From: Deltaproteobacteria bacterium
Lineage (GTDB): Bacteria; Myxococcota; Myxococcia; Myxococcales; 40CM-4-68-19
Length of the DNA: 64,000 nucleotides
Direction: 5' to 3'
Assembly: GCA_005879805.1 (NCBI GenBank)
Contig: VBKL01000044.1
Coordinates: 248 to 64,247, forward strand
Part shown: positions 17,277 through 28,373 of the stretch, one piece after another
How positions within the stretch are numbered: the stretch's first letter is position 1
Layout: every line of letters starts with the position of its first letter
Program-made: the position numbers and the translations under genes
The notes under the pieces: generated by a model
What the model saw: the letters and a program-made list of their open reading frames with translations, nothing else
Told to the model about the DNA's origin: nothing
Databases searched by the model: none

Positions 17277-19372
17277 TCGACGTCCTTCGCCTCCGCCGTC
17301 TGAGCCTCGCGAGCGCCCAGCAGTGGGCCAGCTCGCTGGCAGCGGCATGCGCGTTCTGCGCCGTCGCGGCGGGCGGCGAACTGGCGCTTCCCATCGCCAT
17401 CGCCTTTCCGCTCGCCCTCGGATTCTCGGTGGCGTTCGGCGACCGCGTGGCAGGCAAGTACCAGTGGGCGTGGACCGCGGCGCTCGTCCTGGCGGTCGTG
17501 ATCGAGTTGGTCCTCGTCGTCCTCGGACGCGAGGACCCGGTCCTCGCCGCCGCGCAGTTCTCGGTGCTCTTGTGCATGCACCGTCTGTGGCACCGTCGGA
17601 ACGAGCGCGACGAGTATCTCCTGCTCCTCTTGTCGCTCCTCATGGTGTGCGCGGGCGCGGCGCTCTCCGCCGAGCTTCTCTTCGGCGTCAGCTTCGTCGC
17701 CTACGCGATCTGCGCCACCTGGGCCCTGGCGCTCACGCACCTGCGCTTCGAGGTCGAGCGGCGCTCCGAAGCGCCGCGCCGGAACGTCCTCGCCCCGTCG
17801 CTCCTCGCGAGGCTCGCCGCGCTGGCGGTGCTCGGTCTCGCCGGCACCACGCTTCTCTTCGTCGGCTTTCCGAGAATGGCGTTCGGAGGCCTGCGCCGTC
17901 ATCCCGCGGCCTCCCGTGCCGTCGCCGGGCTGAGCGATCAGATCACGCTCTCGGGACACGGCACCATTGCCGACGACCCGCGCGTCGTGCTGCGGGTCCA
18001 GGCGGCGAAGGACGAGGACGGGATGAAGCTCGTCGGCATGCACTGGCGTGCCCGCTCGTTCGACGTCTGGACCGGCAACGGGTGGCGCTCGCGCAGCGAT
18101 CTCGGGCGGCGGCGGGTGCTCTCCGAGGCTCCTCCGATGCGCAGGGATCCCGACTGGCGCGCCAAGCGCGCCGACGTCCAGTCCTTCGAGGTGGAAGCCG
18201 TGGCCGGGTTCTCCGACGGGGTCATTCTCACCCCCGAAGGCTGGCCCGTCTCCGCGTTCTTTCCCCACGGGTTCGGCGGCCGCGCGCCCCGGGTCTTCCG
18301 CACGCCGAGCGGCGACTTCCTCTATACGCCACTGCAGGCCTCGGACGTCCGCTACGTCGTCAACGTCGATCGCACGATGGCCAACCACGCCGAACTTCGC
18401 GGACGCGGTCGCGACTACCCTCCCGAGGTCGCCGTCGACCTCGTCGTTCCCCCCAACCTCGACCCACGGGTCCAGGCGCTCTCGAGCAGGCTCACCGCAC
18501 GCAAGGATCCGGTCGACGCCGCGGCCTCCGTGGAGACCTGGCTCTCCAACGCCCTGGCTTACTCGCGCGACCTGAGCGGCGAGTCGCAGGATCCCATCGC
18601 GAACTTCCTCTTCCGCACCAAGAAGGGACATTGCGAGCTCTTTTCCAGCGCGATGGTCATCCTCCTGCGGGCCGCGGGCATCCCGGCGCGCAACGTTACC
18701 GGGTACTACGGCGGCACCGAGACCGACAGCGGTTATGTGGCGATTCGCGCGGGTGACGCCCATTCCTGGGTCGAGGTCTATTTTCCCGGCGCGGGCTTCG
18801 TGCCCTTCGATCCCACTCCTTCCGCGGGCCGTGGAGCGCGCACCGAGGGACTGTGGCCCAGGGCGGTGCTCGCCTGGGACTCGCTGGCCCAGCGCTGGAG
18901 CCGATTCGTCATCGACTACGACCTGGTCGCGCAATCGCGCGTCCTGAGCAGCGTCGGCAAGGGCCTCTCGCGCATCGGCGACCGGCTCCGCGGCAAGCAA
19001 GGCGCCGCGACCGCGTTTCAGTGGGCGTTGCCCGCCGGGATCGCCGCGGTCCTGCTCGCCGCGGGCGCCTTCTACGCGGCACGCCGCAAGCGACGCGCCG
19101 GCACTCACGGCCGCACGCTCTCCGGCGACGAGGCGCGTGCACGAAGCCTCTGGCTCGCGGCCCGCCACCGCCTGGAAAGGTCGCACGTTGCGGTCGCGCC
19201 TTCCGCCGGCGTTCGCGAGGCGGTGGAGCGGATCGCTCTCCACGTTCCCAGGGCCAGGGGGCCGGTCGAGAAGATTGCCGAGGCCGTTCTCGCCGCGCGC
19301 TGGGGCGGGCGCCCGCTCGAGCGTCGCGAGGCGCGGGCGCTGCTCGAAAGCCTCGACGCCGCGCTCCGGTAG
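17273..19372 (+). CDS. Transglutaminase-like membrane protein (TgpA-like)
   Basis: ORF 17273..19372. The GTG overlaps the DUF58 stop (GTGA). Multi-TM N-half. Cys-His-Asp core 'KKGHCELFSS', 'DAHSWVEVY' and 'FDPT'. Confidence 0.88.
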   Translation: MIDVLRLRRLSLASAQQWASSLAAACAFCAVAAGGELALPIAIAFPLALGFSVAFGDRVAGKYQWAWTAALVLAVVIELVLVVLGREDPVLAAAQFSVLLCMHRLWHRRNERDEYLLLLLSLLMVCAGAALSAELLFGVSFVAYAICATWALALTHLRFEVERRSEAPRRNVLAPSLLARLAALAVLGLAGTTLLFVGFPRMAFGGLRRHPAASRAVAGLSDQITLSGHGTIADDPRVVLRVQAAKDEDGMKLVGMHWRARSFDVWTGNGWRSRSDLGRRRVLSEAPPMRRDPDWRAKRADVQSFEVEAVAGFSDGVILTPEGWPVSAFFPHGFGGRAPRVFRTPSGDFLYTPLQASDVRYVVNVDRTMANHAELRGRGRDYPPEVAVDLVVPPNLDPRVQALSSRLTARKDPVDAAASVETWLSNALAYSRDLSGESQDPIANFLFRTKKGHCELFSSAMVILLRAAGIPARNVTGYYGGTETDSGYVAIRAGDAHSWVEVYFPGAGFVPFDPTPSAGRGARTEGLWPRAVLAWDSLAQRWSRFVIDYDLVAQSRVLSSVGKGLSRIGDRLRGKQGAATAFQWALPAGIAAVLLAAGAFYAARRKRRAGTHGRTLSGDEARARSLWLAARHRLERSHVAVAPSAGVREAVERIALHVPRARGPVEKIAEAVLAARWGGRPLERREARALLESLDAALR

Positions 19373-19426
19373 AAGCGTGCGCCCGCCGCGCTTGCATCCC
19401 GCGGTCCCTGGATCCATGAGTTCGCG

Positions 19427-20392
19427 GTGCCCGAGCTCCCCGAGGTCGAGATCGCGTCGCGGCAGCTGCGCGCCTGGGCGGAAGGAAGGCGCATCGTCGC
19501 CGCCCGCGCCGAGCGGACCCGCGTCATCCGCGGGCAGTCGCCGCAGCGCTTCGCGCGCCTCGTGGGCCACGAGCTGCGATCCATCGAGCGCTCCGGCAAG
19601 TGGATGCTCCTGCTCTTCGACGGCGACGAGGCATTGCTTTCGCATCTGGGCATGACCGGCAAGTGGATCCGGCGCCGCCGCACTGCCGCGCCTCCCTCGC
19701 ACGTCCGGGCGACCATCGAACTCGACGATGGATACGCAATCGACTACCGGGATCCGCGCCTCTTCGGCCGGCTCATCCGTGGGACGCCCGACGAGCTCCG
19801 CGCCCTGCCGCAGATGGCGGCGCTGGGGCCCGATCCGCTGAGCGGGATCGACCGCGCGCGCCTCGGGAACGTATTGCGCAAGACCCGGCGCTCCTTGAAG
19901 GAAGCGCTGATGGACCAGCGCACGCTGGCGGGCCTCGGCAACATCCAGGTCTCCGAATCGCTCCACCGCGCCAAGCTGCATCCGGAGCGCCTCGGCACCT
20001 CGGTCGACGACGACGAGGTCCGCCGCCTCGCCGCTGCCATCAAGGAGTCGCTCGACGCAACGCTCCGGGGCGAGGACAGCCCGGAGCCCATCACCTACGT
20101 CGAAGAAGGCGGAGAGAACGTCTTCCTCGTCTACGATCGCGCCGGCCAGCCTTGCCGGACTTGCCGTACTCCGATCGAGCGCATCGTGCAGGGAGGCCGC
20201 AGCACGTACTTCTGTCCTCGATGCCAGCCCGCCCGGCGCCGGCGGCTGGCAGGGTCGAAAGCGGGCGTGTCCGCGACGCGGTTGGCGGCCGTCCGCCCTC
20301 TGCGCATGGGATCGGGCGAGCGCGGGCGCCCACGTTCTGTGGGCGAGCAAGCCGGCAAGCGCAAGCTGCGTGTCGTTCGCGATTCGAGCTGA
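19427..20392 (+). CDS. mutM: Formamidopyrimidine-DNA glycosylase
   Basis: ORF 19427..20392. N-terminal 'PELPEVE' and zinc finger 'CRTCRTPIERIVQGGRSTYFCPRCQ'. An unusual ~50-aa Arg-rich tail follows the zinc finger. Confidence 0.88.
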   Translation: MPELPEVEIASRQLRAWAEGRRIVAARAERTRVIRGQSPQRFARLVGHELRSIERSGKWMLLLFDGDEALLSHLGMTGKWIRRRRTAAPPSHVRATIELDDGYAIDYRDPRLFGRLIRGTPDELRALPQMAALGPDPLSGIDRARLGNVLRKTRRSLKEALMDQRTLAGLGNIQVSESLHRAKLHPERLGTSVDDDEVRRLAAAIKESLDATLRGEDSPEPITYVEEGGENVFLVYDRAGQPCRTCRTPIERIVQGGRSTYFCPRCQPARRRRLAGSKAGVSATRLAAVRPLRMGSGERGRPRSVGEQAGKRKLRVVRDSS

Positions 20393-20476
20393 CGACAGAA
20401 TGGTTTGCCGCTCCTGCGCGCAGTCGCCAAGTTGGACGACGTGCCCGGCGCGGTGGCGGTCCAAGACCCCGAAGAA

Positions 20477-21247
20477 ATGAGCGCTCACCGGCGGGCCCTC
20501 GAGGTCCTCCAGCGAGGCGGGATCGATCCCATGGTCGGCGGCGCTTACGCCCTGCGCGCGCACACCGGGATCTGGCGAGATACGAAGGATCTCGACCTCT
20601 TCGTGCGCAAGGTCCAGATCCACGAAGCGCTCGCTTTGCTGGCCAAGAATGGCTATCGCACTGAGCTCACCGATCCGCTCTGGATCGGGAAGGCGTTTGC
20701 CGGCGACTACTTCGTGGACCTCATCTTTTCCTCGGGCAATGGCGTCGCCACCGTCGACGAGCACTGGCAGAGGCGCGCGCTGCACGCCACGGTGCTCGGG
20801 CGGCAGGCACTCATCGTCCCCGCCGAGGAGATGATCTGGCAGAAGGGCTACATCCAGGAGCGCGAGCGCTTCGACGGCGCCGACATCCACCACCTCATCC
20901 GCGCCAAGGGCGAAAAGCTCGACTGGCAGCACCTCGTTGCGCGGTTCGGCGACCACTGGCCGGTCCTGCTCGGCCATCTCGTCAGCTTCCGGTTCTCGTT
21001 CCCTTCGGACAAGGAGAAGATTCCGGCGTCGGTGATGAAGGATCTGCTCACCCGTCAGCTTGCCCTCGAGGAGCGGCCCGCGTCCTCCGAGCGCCTTTGC
21101 CGGGGGACCTTGCTTTCGCGCCAGCAATACATGAACGAGCTCGAGGAACACGGCTATCTCGACGCGCGCGATCGCGAGGTGGCCGGGTGGACCGGAGACC
21201 AGGCCTATCCGGTGAAGCGCCGCGCCGGTCCGGTAAAACGGGACTGA
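20477..21247 (+). CDS. Uncharacterised nucleotidyltransferase-fold protein
   Basis: ORF 20405..21247. 'GGAYALRAHTGIWRDTKDLDLFV' resembles the G[GS]..-D.D signature of pol-beta-type nucleotidyltransferases. ATG 20477 preferred; TTG 20405 possible. Confidence 0.55.
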   Translation: MSAHRRALEVLQRGGIDPMVGGAYALRAHTGIWRDTKDLDLFVRKVQIHEALALLAKNGYRTELTDPLWIGKAFAGDYFVDLIFSSGNGVATVDEHWQRRALHATVLGRQALIVPAEEMIWQKGYIQERERFDGADIHHLIRAKGEKLDWQHLVARFGDHWPVLLGHLVSFRFSFPSDKEKIPASVMKDLLTRQLALEERPASSERLCRGTLLSRQQYMNELEEHGYLDARDREVAGWTGDQAYPVKRRAGPVKRD

Positions 21248-21256
21248 GGAAGAACC

Positions 21257-21967
21257 ATGCGCATCGCAGCCGTTGGCGATCTCCACTGCCGAGCCGACAC
21301 GCGCAAGAACATCGGTATCGCCCTCGCAGGCGTCGATTCGGAAGCGCAATGCCTGCTTCTCGCCGGCGACCTTACGGACCACGGCACCCCCGAGGAAGCG
21401 TCCTGGCTCGCCGAGGAATTGTCCCACTTCAAGGTCACCAAGGTGGCCGTGCTGGGCAATCACGACTACGAATCCGGACAGGAGATGGTGGTCAAACAGA
21501 AGCTCGAGGAGGCGGGAATCCGCGTTCTCGACGGCGAGCCGCTGGCCCTCGGCGAAGAGGTGGGAATCGCCGGGATCAAGGGATTCGCCGGCGGATTCGA
21601 GCATGCGCAGTTGCAGCGATTCGGAGAGGTTCCACTCAAGGCTTTCGTCGACGCCTGCATCGCCGAGGAACTGAAGCTCGAGAACGCGCTCTTCCAGCTC
21701 CGCACGCGCGTCCGCATCGGCTTGCTCCACTACTCCCCGTGCCGGCCGACCCTCGAGGGAGAGCCGCTCGAGATCTTTCCCTTCCTCGGAGCGACGCGTC
21801 TGTCGGGGCCCATCGACCAGCTGCGGCCGGCGGCCGTCTTCCATGGCCACGCGCATCGCGGAACCTTGCGAGGCGCTACCCGAGGCGGCGTTCCCGTCTA
21901 CAACGTCGCGCTTCCCGTCCTGCGACGGCTCGAGAAGCCGATCGGATACCTCGCGCTCGACCTGTAG
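21257..21967 (+). CDS. Calcineurin-like metallophosphoesterase
   Basis: ORF 21257..21967. Motifs 'GDLH', 'GDLTDHG', 'GNHD' and 'HGHAH'. Confidence 0.85.
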   Translation: MRIAAVGDLHCRADTRKNIGIALAGVDSEAQCLLLAGDLTDHGTPEEASWLAEELSHFKVTKVAVLGNHDYESGQEMVVKQKLEEAGIRVLDGEPLALGEEVGIAGIKGFAGGFEHAQLQRFGEVPLKAFVDACIAEELKLENALFQLRTRVRIGLLHYSPCRPTLEGEPLEIFPFLGATRLSGPIDQLRPAAVFHGHAHRGTLRGATRGGVPVYNVALPVLRRLEKPIGYLALDL

Positions 21968-21975
21968 GGACGGCT

Positions 21976-22302
21976 CTACTCCACCGGTTCCGGCGAGTCC
22001 TCGGTCACCGTGCCTTCCGGAAGAGCCACCTCGGTCCGTTCGGTGGGCTCGGCCGCGATTTCCCGGTACAGGTAGGTCAGGCGGATCTCCCGGCGCCGGG
22101 CGAGCACCAGGGCCTCGGTACCGATGCGCAGGAAGGGAACCGAAGTCTTCCCGTAGCGTCCGACCAGCCATTTGAGCATCTGGCTCGCCCAGATGGAAAA
22201 CATCGGCCGCTTGCGGAACTTCTCCGCGCCGCGCCAGTACGTCGTGTGCGCGTAGAGCCGCGCCGGCTGGATCTCGCCTTCCCCGGCATCCGGAATCTTC
22301 AA
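21976..22302 (-). CDS. Hypothetical protein
   Basis: ORF 21976..22302 (TTG start) with GC3-rich codons. No motif recognised. A possible 5' extension in another frame is described in findings. Confidence 0.4.
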   Translation of the reverse strand: MKIPDAGEGEIQPARLYAHTTYWRGAEKFRKRPMFSIWASQMLKWLVGRYGKTSVPFLRIGTEALVLARRREIRLTYLYREIAAEPTERTEVALPEGTVTEDSPEPVE

Positions 22303-22393
22303 GACGATCGTCGATCAGCGCGCTCACGTCGCGCTCCAGAAGGAAGAGCCAGATCTGCCGGGCCGGCATCCGCGGACGATGGCACAGGCGCCG

Positions 22394-24112
22394 TCACTCG
22401 ACCACGACTGAGATTCCGTCGGTTCCTTCCTCGCTCGCGGTAACTTGAAGGTCGTAGGTCCCGCGCCTCAGGAAGCGGCCGTACCAGAGCCCGCCCCGGA
22501 CGAGTTCTCCGCCGGGAAGTCGCCACTGCACGGAGGAGGCGGTGACGCCCGGCGCCAGGCCCGCAAGGGAGATCGCGCAGCTCGATCCTGCCGGCACGTG
22601 CAGGGCGTCGTCGCGAAGGGCGCAGGGGCCATCGACGGCAATCGCCGGGCCCGTTCCGACTCGCAGGGAAACCTCCAGAACCGTACGCGCCGACGGTTGA
22701 TCGGCCCACGACACGGCAACGTGGCCGGTGTGCGCTCCGCTCGAGAGGCCCGCGGGGTCGACGCGGACGGTGAGCCGCGCCGGGGCCTCGCCGGACGTCT
22801 TTGCCAGCTGGATCCACCCCGCGTCGGTCTTCGCGACCCATTGCTTCGAGCCCCCGCCCTCCTGGCGCAGCGTGATCGTCTGTGCGCGAGGCGTCTTCCC
22901 CGACGCCGCCGCGAATTCGAGCTTGGCGCGGGACAGGTGCGGAGGCTGAGCCTGGTCTCCACCTCCACCCGTCACTCCGAGCGCATCCAGCGCCTTCGCG
23001 ACGTCGATTTTCTTGTCCGCGCGGCCCGCCGATTCGAGGAGCGCCTTCTTCACCTGCGCGAGCGTCGCGGCGGGCCGCGCGGACCAGAGCAGGGCGGCCG
23101 CGCCGGAAACGTGCGGGGCGGCCATGCTGGTTCCGTCGTAACGCGCGTACTGGCCAGGTGCGGTGGTGGAGAGGATTCCCACTCCCGGCGCCGTGAGCAT
23201 CGCGCCCCGATTCGAGAAGCTGGCGAGCGTACCGTCCGGATTGAGCGCGCCGATGATCGCGCGCAGCGCCATGATGGAAACCTTCCAGTTGACCCCGACG
23301 ACTCCGGCCCGGTTGTCGCCGACCGCGCCGATGGTTCCCGAGACGTGCGAGCCGTGCCAGCGCTCCGCGCCGGAAGAAGCGGGCCCGGGCTGCGCATCGT
23401 TGTCGACGAAATCCCATCCGTGCACGTCGTCCACGAGACCGTCCCCGTCGTCGTCGCGTCCGTTCGACGACGATTCCTCGGGATTGACCCAGATGTTCGC
23501 GGCCAGGTCGGAATGGGTCATCGCGACGCCGTCGTCGATGACGGCGACGGCAATGGCGCGGTCACCCACCGTCGTCGACCACGCGGACTCGACGTCGATG
23601 GCCTTGAGCCCCCACAGCTCCTTGTAGCGGGAGTCGTTGGGCGTCTTGCTCGAGGTGTAGATCGCGATCGGCTCGGCGAGCGCAATGCCGGGCTGCGCCG
23701 ACAGCGAGCGCGCGTACTCGTCCGGCGTTTGCCCGGCGGGAACCGGCACCCGGAGGATCGGATCCGAATCCGCGGGCGCGACGGAAGCGACCTGCACGAT
23801 GGGCGGGCCGGCATCGTCCCCGCGCTGCGGGGGCGGCAGGGTCGCGCCTGGATCGAGCCGGACGAGCACGGCGTCGGTTGCGTAGACCGGCTGCGACGAC
23901 GGATCGCCGCAAGCGCTGGTGATCAAGGCGGCCACCGCGGCGGCTCTCAGGGGCGCGGTGCGCAGCCGCTTGTGAGGTCGCCTCGGGTACTCCCGGAGAT
24001 CCTCCAGGCTCGGGCCGTCGAAGAGCGGATCCTCCGGCGCGAGGCGCTCGAGCGAATGCAGAGCGCCATCGGTGGCGAAAGGCCTTTCGCGGACGTTGCA
24101 GGTTTCGTGCAT
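22394..24112 (-). CDS. Subtilase (S8) serine peptidase with C-terminal beta-rich domains; catalytic domain internally shortened
   Basis: ORF 22394..24112. Asp 'AVIDDG', His 'HGSHVSGTIGA' and Ser 'GTSMAAPHVSG' are present, but His-to-Ser spacing is only 76 codons and no 'AAGN' oxyanion segment exists. Start uncertain (long leader before 'AAVAALITSAC'). Confidence 0.75.
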   Translation of the reverse strand: MHETCNVRERPFATDGALHSLERLAPEDPLFDGPSLEDLREYPRRPHKRLRTAPLRAAAVAALITSACGDPSSQPVYATDAVLVRLDPGATLPPPQRGDDAGPPIVQVASVAPADSDPILRVPVPAGQTPDEYARSLSAQPGIALAEPIAIYTSSKTPNDSRYKELWGLKAIDVESAWSTTVGDRAIAVAVIDDGVAMTHSDLAANIWVNPEESSSNGRDDDGDGLVDDVHGWDFVDNDAQPGPASSGAERWHGSHVSGTIGAVGDNRAGVVGVNWKVSIMALRAIIGALNPDGTLASFSNRGAMLTAPGVGILSTTAPGQYARYDGTSMAAPHVSGAAALLWSARPAATLAQVKKALLESAGRADKKIDVAKALDALGVTGGGGDQAQPPHLSRAKLEFAAASGKTPRAQTITLRQEGGGSKQWVAKTDAGWIQLAKTSGEAPARLTVRVDPAGLSSGAHTGHVAVSWADQPSARTVLEVSLRVGTGPAIAVDGPCALRDDALHVPAGSSCAISLAGLAPGVTASSVQWRLPGGELVRGGLWYGRFLRRGTYDLQVTASEEGTDGISVVVE

Positions 24113-24255
24113 GGACCCTCCCGGCGCGAGAGCGCGCCGCGCGGGCCGGTGCAGATGCCGTGCCGCTGGCTTTACGCTCGAAGCGAGCGTGGCCGGGCGG
24201 TGTCAGAATCGGATCCGGGTGCCAGTTCGAGACGTCACCCGGGAGGTCCCGCGGC

Positions 24256-24560
24256 GTGTCCGCATCCGTCGACTTCCATCGCTGGATCGGCAACGACCTC
24301 GAGCTGCGCATCCGGGCACAGCCGGGAGCGAGACAGACGGAGGTGAACGGGCTCCACGGCGAGCTTCTCAAGATTCGCGTGCGCGCGCGAGCGATCGAAG
24401 GCGCGGCCAACGAAGCGCTTCTGGAATTCCTGGCAGACGAGTTGCAAGTGCCGCGGGGGCGATGCGAGCTCGTGAGCGGAGAAAAGCACCGCGAGAAGCG
24501 GATCCTGGTACGCGAGGCGCCGCGTGCGCACTGCGAGAGCGTCCTCGCGCGGTGGGCCGC

Positions 24561-24582
<22 letters not shown>
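24256..24582 (+). CDS. DUF167 (YggU) family protein
   Basis: ORF 24160..24582. GTG 24256 is preceded by 'gggagg' at 24241-24246. 'LKIRVRARAIEGAANEALLEFLADEL' matches the family core. The 3' end overlaps alaS by 22 nt (convergent). Confidence 0.7.
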
Positions 24583-27251
<2,669 letters not shown>

Positions 27252-27386
27252 GGGGGCGGGAAGATAAGGAGATCGATGCCCCTTGTCACTCGAGCATCGA
27301 CCGGGGGCCCGCACGCCTGTCCAGAAGGCGGATCGATGGCGGCGGATGCGAAAATTCGTCCAAAAATCGCCATCTTAGACGGATCG

Positions 27387-28361
27387 CTAAGCGGAAACTG
27401 CGGCGCGCTGCCTGAGGATCAGGGCGTGGAAGAGCTGGGCAAAACCGCCCTTCGCCGAGGCATCGGGCCAGCGCGGCGAACCCAGCGGGGGCAATTCGAG
27501 CAACAACAGACGCGACAGCCAGGGAAACCGGCGCCGCACCTCGCTCGCCGGAGCAGCGAACACTTCGCACCGGGCGAGCCGCCGCAGGCGCCAGAGGTCG
27601 GTGTAGCTCGCGCAGCGCACCGAGAGGTCGGCTTCGAGAAGCTCGTGCAATGGGACCTGCTCGACGTCGAGGCCCGCGCCGCGCGCCGCTTCGCGGAGCT
27701 GGCGGAAATCGATCGACCATTCCACGTGCCGTCCGGCGCCCGCCCCAGCGACGAGCTCGATCGGAGAGGGCGGGAAATCGCCGCCGAACTCGATGAGCAC
27801 AGCGGCGGCCGAAGGGGCGAGGATGCGCGCAATTTCGCGGACGACCTCGATCGCTCCGGTGTTCGTGCCGCCTTGGACGGGGAGATCGGCGATGACCTCG
27901 TTGGCGAGGAGCAGTCCGTCGAAGCGGCGGACGGGGAGATCCATCGCGTCGGCGCGAATTCCTCGCCAGCGCGGAGGCGCTCCCTGGGCAGCAGCGGCAT
28001 CGAGCAGCCGCTGCCGCTGCGAGCGGAGGAGTCGCGGCGAGAGATCGAGCGAGATCCACGGCACGCCCGTGAAGGGCCCGGCATCGCCGCGCAGCGCGCA
28101 TTCCGCGACGTGGCCCGCGCCTCCGCCGATCTCCAGGACACCGTCGCGCCCGGGCCCGATCCGGCGCGCCGCCAGCCCCTGCAGGAGCGCCTCGCCGTAG
28201 CGGCGTCCCTTCAGCGCTGGATGTGGGTGGCGGAGCAAGTGCGAGATGGTGCACTCGACTTCGTCGAAGCGGCGCCGCGGCGACAGGCTGTCGAGGCGAT
28301 GGTGCGCCCGCGTCTCGTCCTCGGGCGCCCCCGCGCCGCGCGTTCGATGGGCGTCGCTCAC
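27387..28361 (-). CDS. Class I SAM-dependent methyltransferase (MidA/NDUFAF7-like)
   Basis: ORF 27387..28361. 'VLEIGGGAGH' SAM motif and 'LLLANEVIADLPV'. Confidence 0.6.
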   Translation of the reverse strand: MSDAHRTRGAGAPEDETRAHHRLDSLSPRRRFDEVECTISHLLRHPHPALKGRRYGEALLQGLAARRIGPGRDGVLEIGGGAGHVAECALRGDAGPFTGVPWISLDLSPRLLRSQRQRLLDAAAAQGAPPRWRGIRADAMDLPVRRFDGLLLANEVIADLPVQGGTNTGAIEVVREIARILAPSAAAVLIEFGGDFPPSPIELVAGAGAGRHVEWSIDFRQLREAARGAGLDVEQVPLHELLEADLSVRCASYTDLWRLRRLARCEVFAAPASEVRRRFPWLSRLLLLELPPLGSPRWPDASAKGGFAQLFHALILRQRAAVSA

Positions 28362-28373
28362 ATCTCACGCCGC

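Noticed and set aside
15395-19372. MoxR-DUF58-transglutaminase trio as a novel system.
   Set aside because: This three-gene arrangement is a well-known conserved operon type. Only the split DUF58 is unusual, and that is reported separately.
20230-20392. About 50-residue Arg-rich extension after the Fpg zinc finger, as a possible extra domain.
   Set aside because: It is low-complexity and basic, typical of a run-on into GC-rich sequence after loss or shift of the ancestral stop. No motif is present, so it is not treated as a functional domain.
17255-22369. 1704-aa minus-strand ORF, along with similar giants at 24072..28544+, 45105..48314-, 54665..57595-, 55105..58410+, 1670..3850+ and 60416..62383+.
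   Set aside because: They run antisense to, or out of frame with, genes that have clear catalytic motifs. They are Arg/Gly/Ala/Pro-rich with no motifs. They are the expected stop-poor shadow frames of very GC-rich DNA.
24113-24255. tRNA-like 'gttcgag' T-loop-like string, and other intergenic regions screened for tRNA or small RNA genes.
   Set aside because: No acceptor/anticodon-stem arrangement or GTTCGAATC-type T-arm with matching flanks was found. No intergenic region shows cloverleaf potential.
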